IMG/VR virus record: IMGVR_UViG_3300042879_003023
Span: 1 to 52,837 of that record
Strand: one strand, 5' to 3'
DNA length: 52,837 nucleotides
DNA from: a virus
Taxonomy: Duplodnaviria > Caudoviricetes
Shown here: positions 47,287 through 52,837 of the stretch, piece by piece
Position numbering within the stretch: the first letter of the stretch is position 1
Layout of the letters: every line of letters begins with the position of its first letter
Position numbers and translations under genes: made by a program
The notes under the pieces: generated by a model
Seen by the model: only the letters and a program-made list of their open reading frames with translations
Database searches by the model: none
Told to the model about the DNA's origin: nothing

Positions 47287-47730
47287 TATAACAAACTGAT
47301 CTTTACCAACCCTAAAAGGATTATCACTACTTTCCCTAAATAAAGTTCCAATATTCATTCTCCAATAAGTTCCGGCTTCCCTTTTTGGGAATATCGGAAA
47401 GGCTAATTCCCACTTTAAAGATTTCACAACAAAAGGTACACCATCTACAATATTCCCATTTATTATATTTTCAGCAATTAATGTTTTAAGGTTATTTTCA
47501 ATAAAAAACTTTAATTCTGAATTACTTATTTCTCTTTGATTATATTCATAACTATATTTCCCACTTAGTTCTTTACCTTTATCTGCTAATTCTGGTCTAG
47601 TTTCTTTTTCAGTTGCGTGGGATCCTTTATGGAATTCAAAATTGAAAAATACTTCCATTTTTTCCGCCATTTGAGCGATCCTTTTTTCAAGTAATAAATG
47701 TTTCCTTATGGACTCTCTAAGTAGTGACAT
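47275..47730 (-). CDS. Putative BECR/RelE-like ribonuclease with head-targeting-like N-terminus
   Basis: SHATEKETR...ISNSEL...FVV...LAFPI...WRMNIGTLFR pattern; MSLLRESIRKHLLLE leader; minus-strand TACTTAT at 47748-47754. Confidence 0.5.
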   Translation of the reverse strand: MSLLRESIRKHLLLEKRIAQMAEKMEVFFNFEFHKGSHATEKETRPELADKGKELSGKYSYEYNQREISNSELKFFIENNLKTLIAENIINGNIVDGVPFVVKSLKWELAFPIFPKREAGTYWRMNIGTLFRESSDNPFRVGKDQFVITVE

Positions 47731-47778
47731 TATTATAATTATTTATTATAAGTATTTATTAATTATAGTTTATAATGT

Positions 47779-49074
47779 ATGAAAGATAAATTTTTGCCTT
47801 GGTTTTTGTTAATATGTGCTTTAGGTCTGTCAGGAACTGCGGCTTATTATAGTGTTGTTGGGTTATCTGTTGTTTTTGTTGGGGTTGCCATTCCTGTTAT
47901 AATAATGGGATCATTTTTAGAAATATCTAAAATTGCAATTGCAACATATCTTCACGACAAATGGAAGGAAACTTATGGAGCTCTTAAAATATATATGACA
48001 ATTGCTCTTATAACACTTTCGGTAATTACTTCACTTGGTATATATGGACTTTTAAGTACTGGGTTTCAAGGAAATATTGCAAAACTTGAAATAAATGAAA
48101 AAAAGATTAAAAATGTCGAAGTAAAAAAAGAAAGATTCAATGAAATTAAAGAAGAACTATCAAAAGAAAAAACAACACTAGATAAAGACATCACACAATT
48201 AAGACAAGGACTATCAACTAACACAACAACACAAAGTGTTGATAGAAGAACAGGACAATTGATTACAAGAGCAAATAACGCTAATAGAACATCCTTTTTA
48301 AGTCAGTTAAAAGATGCTCAAACAAGAAGAGATACATTATCATCTAAAATTGACGCGCTTAACGATAGTATAACAAAAATTGATATTCAGATCCTTGATA
48401 TGGAATCAGAAGAAATATCAGGAAGTGAATTAGGAGCCATTAAATACCTAAGTGAAGTTCTTCAATGGGACATTAAACGAACCGCTAATCTTTTTATATT
48501 AATATTAATATTTGTATTTGATCCACTTGCAATCACACTTGTTATTGCAACAAACCAAGCGTTTAAATCAAAAAGAAAAGATGATGAGACCCCTCAAGTA
48601 CCCCCCAACAACCCCCCAAGTACCGACCAAGTAACGACTAAGTACCGACTAAGTAACGACGAAGTAATTGATGAAAAAAATGTAGAAAAATTAACTGATT
48701 TACAAAAAGAGGTGAATAAAGTTTGGGAAAAAGTTAATCAATTAAAAGAAGAAGGTAAATTACCCCCACCTCCCACTGAAGAAGAACTTGCGGAAGAACC
48801 AACCGCACTTGCCTTTACATATGGAATTGAAGAAGAACCCGAAGAAGTTATTGATGAAGATATAGAGGAAATAAAAATTCCTACACAGACGAAAAAATAC
48901 GAAGAATCAATAGATGATTATTTTGAAAGAGAAGATTTTAATGAATTAAACATTACAGAACCAAAAGAAGAAACAAAACAACCCGAAGTAATCCAATATG
49001 AAGTCCCTACAGAACCTAAACGATTATCATACACAAATAGAAATGGTGGATCTTTCAGAATTAATAGAATTTAA
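47779..49074 (+). CDS. Multi-pass membrane protein with coiled coil and acidic tail
   Basis: Three N-terminal TM segments, a long coiled coil, a fourth TM (LFILILIFVFDPLAITLVIA) and a Glu/Pro-rich C-terminus. Confidence 0.75.
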   Translation: MKDKFLPWFLLICALGLSGTAAYYSVVGLSVVFVGVAIPVIIMGSFLEISKIAIATYLHDKWKETYGALKIYMTIALITLSVITSLGIYGLLSTGFQGNIAKLEINEKKIKNVEVKKERFNEIKEELSKEKTTLDKDITQLRQGLSTNTTTQSVDRRTGQLITRANNANRTSFLSQLKDAQTRRDTLSSKIDALNDSITKIDIQILDMESEEISGSELGAIKYLSEVLQWDIKRTANLFILILIFVFDPLAITLVIATNQAFKSKRKDDETPQVPPNNPPSTDQVTTKYRLSNDEVIDEKNVEKLTDLQKEVNKVWEKVNQLKEEGKLPPPPTEEELAEEPTALAFTYGIEEEPEEVIDEDIEEIKIPTQTKKYEESIDDYFEREDFNELNITEPKEETKQPEVIQYEVPTEPKRLSYTNRNGGSFRINRI

Positions 49075-49636
49075 CCCGGTTGGTGTATCTAAAAATAAAA
49101 GACAAATTATTTTATGTGAAACAAAAAGGGACTATACAAACTATATTAGTTCTCTTAAATATAGATACAACGGAAAAAATAAATTTTTACCCAATTATGT
49201 TATAAGTAGGGACGGTGAAGTGTTTCAAATATTGAAACCAAACACATACTCTAATTTTATGGATGATATTAAAGTCAATAAGAACTCAATAATAATAGTT
49301 TTAGAGAATTTAGGTTGGTTTGAAAAAAACCCGATAGAAAATACTTATTTAAACTGGATAGGTGATATTTATAAAAAAGAAGTATTTGAAAGAAAGTGGA
49401 GAGATAAATTCTATTGGCAATCTTATGACAGTATAGAACAAATTGAAAGTTTGGCTAACTTGATCATAAAACTGTGTGAAGAATTTGATATTCCAAAAGT
49501 ATGCACAGAAACAAATGTGTATCAAAATGGGGTTGAAAATTTTAAAGGAATTGTATCTAAAAGCTCTTTTAATTTAATTTATAAAGATTTAAATCCTTCT
49601 TTTGATTTTAAACTTTTACAAAATTTATTACAATGA
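49043..49636 (+). CDS. Amidase_2-fold protein lacking the canonical Zn ligands
   Basis: QIILCET, NYVISRDGEVFQ, NSIIIVLEN, QIESLANLI..LCEEFDIP and GIVSKS match the fold, but the His ligands are missing. Likely start is 49043. Confidence 0.65.
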   Translation: MVDLSELIEFNPVGVSKNKRQIILCETKRDYTNYISSLKYRYNGKNKFLPNYVISRDGEVFQILKPNTYSNFMDDIKVNKNSIIIVLENLGWFEKNPIENTYLNWIGDIYKKEVFERKWRDKFYWQSYDSIEQIESLANLIIKLCEEFDIPKVCTETNVYQNGVENFKGIVSKSSFNLIYKDLNPSFDFKLLQNLLQ

Positions 49637-50175
49637 TAAATGAATATGACGAAATAAAAAACTTGATCAGAAGATCAAAAATGCTTTTTGAACAATCAGC
49701 ACAAATAAACTTGGCAAAGTCAATCGAGGATGAAATTGAAGATGACCAAGATATGAATGACGATGAGGTTGATAAAATCAAAAAAGACAAATCTAAAACC
49801 TATAGAATTTCAGGAGGTCTATTAACTATTCACGGTAAAGATAAAAAAGATCTTGAATTAACAACAGAAGAAAAAAGTAATTTCCAAGAAACGATGGATG
49901 AGTATGTTTCTGATGTTTCCGATCTTACTGAATTTGGTGTGCTTAATTTATATGAAAACGAAGTTCAGTGGAGTGGAAAAATCATTGATTTTGATATTGA
50001 GTTCTTCTTTTCGATTGGTGAAAACAACGGTGTTTATATAAATGGTAATATGGTTAAATTGGATGATAAATTAACTGAAATTATCACAAAATTAACCACA
50101 TTCTATGAAAAATTTAAATCAAAATGGGCGAAAGTAATGGCAACCAGAAAAAAGACAAAAATGACAAAGGACTAA
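49633..50175 (+). CDS. Hypothetical protein
   Basis: 180 aa, translationally coupled; YDEIKNLIRRSKMLFEQ N-terminus. Confidence 0.7.
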   Translation: MINEYDEIKNLIRRSKMLFEQSAQINLAKSIEDEIEDDQDMNDDEVDKIKKDKSKTYRISGGLLTIHGKDKKDLELTTEEKSNFQETMDEYVSDVSDLTEFGVLNLYENEVQWSGKIIDFDIEFFFSIGENNGVYINGNMVKLDDKLTEIITKLTTFYEKFKSKWAKVMATRKKTKMTKD

Positions 50176-50528
50176 TGAAAGAATTGTTTATAAAATATTT
50201 TAGAGAAATTTTGATACTTGTTTTTGGTGTTACAATAATATTACTATTAGTTGGGATTTTTAAACCAAGTAATGATAACAGTGAACTAATTAAATTTAAA
50301 TTGGATACACTAAATAAAGAAATTGAAGGATTGTATAAACAACAAAGAGGGATTGATTCTTGTATTAGAAATACCAATGAAAACATTAAAAAAATAGACA
50401 ATCAAATAGATAGTATTAAAGTTGAAAAAAAGACAATTAATAATATCTATAATACCAATTCAACTAAAATAAAAAATTTTGACGCTAAACAAACTGATAG
50501 TTTATTAAGAATAAGATATAGATACTAA
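50175..50528 (+). CDS. Membrane-anchored coiled-coil protein (i-spanin-like)
   Basis: N-terminal TM followed by a coiled coil; start at the TAATG overlap (50175). Confidence 0.55.
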   Translation: MKELFIKYFREILILVFGVTIILLLVGIFKPSNDNSELIKFKLDTLNKEIEGLYKQQRGIDSCIRNTNENIKKIDNQIDSIKVEKKTINNIYNTNSTKIKNFDAKQTDSLLRIRYRY

Positions 50529-50530
50529 TT

Positions 50531-50941
50531 ATGAAAAATTTAATTTTAATATTTTTTGTTTTAATTTCTTTTGTTTCATTTTCACAAACAAAAAAAGTTG
50601 ACAGTACGGAAATATGTTTCCCATACCAAGTCGGTAAACAAATTCTTTTAGATTTAAATGAATGTGATAGAAATATGGAACTTTTAAAATCAACAGAAAA
50701 AGAAGTTATTTTATTAAATCAAAAAGTTTTAAGTAAAGACACTATAATTAATTTTCAAAAAAAACAACTTGAAATTGATAGTGTTATAATTGGAAAAACA
50801 AATGAAAAATTTGAAATAGTTGATGAAGAAAATAAAAAACTAAGGGACGATATTAATGAATTAAAACTTAGAAATAAAATATTTAATATCATTTCAGGTG
50901 CCGTTATTGGTGGATTAACTTATATAATTGTTTTTAAATAA
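50531..50941 (+). CDS. Secreted coiled-coil protein with hydrophobic C-terminus (spanin-partner-like)
   Basis: Bacteroidota-style signal peptide ending SFSQ, a coiled coil, and a C-terminal IISGAVIGGLTYIIVF segment. Confidence 0.55.
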   Translation: MKNLILIFFVLISFVSFSQTKKVDSTEICFPYQVGKQILLDLNECDRNMELLKSTEKEVILLNQKVLSKDTIINFQKKQLEIDSVIIGKTNEKFEIVDEENKKLRDDINELKLRNKIFNIISGAVIGGLTYIIVFK

Positions 50942-51189
50942 TGGCTTTAAGTAGTACAGAAAAAAAAGAAATTGAAACTTTAATAAGAAAAGAAATTAAA
51001 GATTTCTTCGGTTCAAATACGGTTAAACAGTATGAAGATAAGTTTATTGAAAAAATTCAAAAAGAAATTAAATCAGGAAATGTTAGAAGAGATATAAATG
51101 ATATTATCGCAAAGGCATTTACTGAATTTTATTATACGTTGTGGTCAAGAAAATCACAATGGGAAAGTGATATAAAAAATTTAAGATGA
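50941..51189 (+). CDS. Hypothetical protein
   Basis: 82-aa coupled ORF. Confidence 0.7.
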   Translation: MALSSTEKKEIETLIRKEIKDFFGSNTVKQYEDKFIEKIQKEIKSGNVRRDINDIIAKAFTEFYYTLWSRKSQWESDIKNLR

Positions 51190-51677
51190 TAACAAGAAAA
51201 CAATTATTAGATTACATTACCGAATCTTTTGAAGAGACAAAAGAAGCCACAGGTGCTTCATCTGCCGGTGGTTTCACGGGTCCTGCATTTTCTATGTGGT
51301 CGGACGATGAAGAGGCAAAATCAGAATATAAGAAAAAGGTTGAAGCAACTGAAGCAACATCGTCAAGTTCTGTCGGTGCTTATGATGCTCCCGGTTTTGA
51401 AGATGTAAAAATGAAAGGTAACAATCCTGTTGGTCGTGGTAGATCTTTTAAAAAACCACAAATACCTGGTGGTGGGTTTGTTAAGTTTCAAGATAAATGT
51501 GTAAAATATAATAATAAAAAATGGTGTAGTCAGGGTGACAGTAAAGATAAACCTGTAAAGGTTAAAAAAAGTATGTCATCATTAAATGAAGCAATTTATA
51601 ACGTTTCAGTTAAAACAGGACTTTCCGAAGATCAAATTAAAAAAATCATATTATCAAAAATAGACGATAATTTATAA
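51186..51677 (+). CDS. Hypothetical (putative head) protein with duplicated EAT.xSS.G.(F/Y)..P.F motif
   Basis: EATGASSAGGFTGPAF and EATSSSSVGAYDAPGF. Confidence 0.7.
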   Translation: MITRKQLLDYITESFEETKEATGASSAGGFTGPAFSMWSDDEEAKSEYKKKVEATEATSSSSVGAYDAPGFEDVKMKGNNPVGRGRSFKKPQIPGGGFVKFQDKCVKYNNKKWCSQGDSKDKPVKVKKSMSSLNEAIYNVSVKTGLSEDQIKKIILSKIDDNL

Positions 51678-51699
51678 AGTTTAATGATATTTATTAAGT

Positions 51700-52837
51700 A
51701 TGAACAGAGATATACAAAAAATAGTAAATAAAGTGCTTTTAGAAGAACTTAATGGTAAAATAAAAAACGCCAAAAGAAGAATTTTTGAATCCGACAACAA
51801 AATGTGCTCAGATTGCGGATCACCAATGGTTGAAAATGAATGTATGGAGTGCGGATATATGAAAGAATCTGAAATTCAAGAATTAGGTGGTATGGGTGGT
51901 GAAAACTCAGAACACCCAAAGTTCGGTAAAAAAAGATTACCTAAAAGAATGTCACCAGAAGAAATTGAAAAATTACTTAAAGGTGATGATGAACCTACAA
52001 AATCTAACGAAAGACGAGGAAGTAGATTTAAAAAATCAGAAGGTGAAATGGAAGAAGGGTTTGACGATTTTAATATTAAAAGTTTCAGAAAAGACAAAGA
52101 TTTTGGAACAAGAGAATTTAAGGGAGTACCAAAAGGAATGAAACCTGATTTAAGAAATTTAAGAGACGATTCAATTACACCATCAAAATATATGCACAAT
52201 AAATTTCAAGATTTTAAAGATTTATTTAGTGCTGAAGATGATTTTGATGAATATACCGAAATAGACGAATCAAAAGATACTATGTGTTCAGAATGTGGAA
52301 GTAAAATGTATGAAGGTGAATGTGTAGAGTGTGGATCTATGAAAGAATATGAAATGAGAGAATCACTTTCAAAAAAGCAAAGAAAATCCATAGATAAAAA
52401 TAAAAATGGAAAAATAGATCGTCAGGATTTTGCAATGTTAAGAAAAGGTAAAAAAACTGAAACCAAAGAAGGTAAAAAATTCCCTGATCTAAGTGGTGAT
52501 GGTAAAGTCACACGTAAAGATGTTTTACTTGGACGAGGTGTTAAATTAAAAGGATCTAAAGTAGAAGAATCAAAATACAGTATTGTTATTGATGGTAAAA
52601 ATTATATTTTTGAAGAAAATGATATGGTAGATATTATTGAAAATATTGTTTTAGAAGAAAAAAAGAAAAAGAAAAAAACAACTAAAATACCAAACGTAAC
52701 AAAAGATTCGCAAGGTAAATCTAAAAAAGAAAATGATGATTACCTTGATAGTGTAGTTAAAAAGATGAAAGATTACTTGAAAGATGGATCAAAAGGTAAT
52801 TTTGAAATGAATCCTAAGCATTTCCCTAAAGGTAATG
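51700..52837 (+). CDS. Putative prohead-core/internal protein with two Zn ribbons and two EF-hand/dockerin-like loops (runs off window; not in ORF track)
   Basis: The frame is open from ATG 51700 to the window end. It contains CSDC..CMEC, CSEC..CVEC, DKNKNGKIDRQD and DLSGDGKVTRKD. TATTTAT lies at 51688. Confidence 0.75.
   Translation, partial: MNRDIQKIVNKVLLEELNGKIKNAKRRIFESDNKMCSDCGSPMVENECMECGYMKESEIQELGGMGGENSEHPKFGKKRLPKRMSPEEIEKLLKGDDEPTKSNERRGSRFKKSEGEMEEGFDDFNIKSFRKDKDFGTREFKGVPKGMKPDLRNLRDDSITPSKYMHNKFQDFKDLFSAEDDFDEYTEIDESKDTMCSECGSKMYEGECVECGSMKEYEMRESLSKKQRKSIDKNKNGKIDRQDFAMLRKGKKTETKEGKKFPDLSGDGKVTRKDVLLGRGVKLKGSKVEESKYSIVIDGKNYIFEENDMVDIIENIVLEEKKKKKKTTKIPNVTKDSQGKSKKENDDYLDSVVKKMKDYLKDGSKGNFEMNPKHFPKGN

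Noticed and set aside
652-52391. Short antisense or out-of-frame ORFs in the track (e.g. 2098-2319, 11225-11638, 40373-40702, 51876-52199, 51887-52141)
   Set aside because: They lie wholly within well-supported genes and read as shadow frames.
1-52837. Stop-codon reassignment as seen in some large phages
   Set aside because: Standard-code ORFs tile the window densely and conserved enzymes are full length.

Overview
This AT-rich (roughly 30% GC by eye), gene-dense, almost entirely plus-strand window comes from a large T4-like/jumbo myophage genome. The host is probably Bacteroidota: there are TTTG-N19-TAnnTTTG promoters, no obvious Shine-Dalgarno sites, and SprB-repeat, DUF5522-like and DUF6576-like genes. 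Layout: 1-6.6 kb replication and nucleotide metabolism (RecA/UvsX end, RHH+HNH cassette, 5'-3' exonuclease, DnaB-like helicase, class II RNR). 6.7-21.6 kb baseplate and tail. 21.6-34.8 kb a Cys/Ser/Thr-rich fibre and decoration cluster (SprB repeats, PT mucin-like tracts, a 46-aa LRR solenoid) containing an inverted GT29 sialyltransferase-like gene. 34.8-47.1 kb recombination, replication and regulation (RuvC, primase, Cas4-like nuclease, SbcD/SbcC, adenine MTase plus REase-like gene, sigma70). 47.2-52.8 kb a structured RNA-like element, an inverted RNase-toxin-like gene, putative lysis genes and head-type proteins. The strongest leads are: (1) a three-way-junction element with a host promoter converging on a putative capsid-packaged RNase toxin; (2) a GT29 enzyme inside mucin-like virion proteins, suggesting virion glycosylation; (3) a VLR-like LRR protein with a constant framework and variable strands. 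All calls come from motif reading only; no searches were run.
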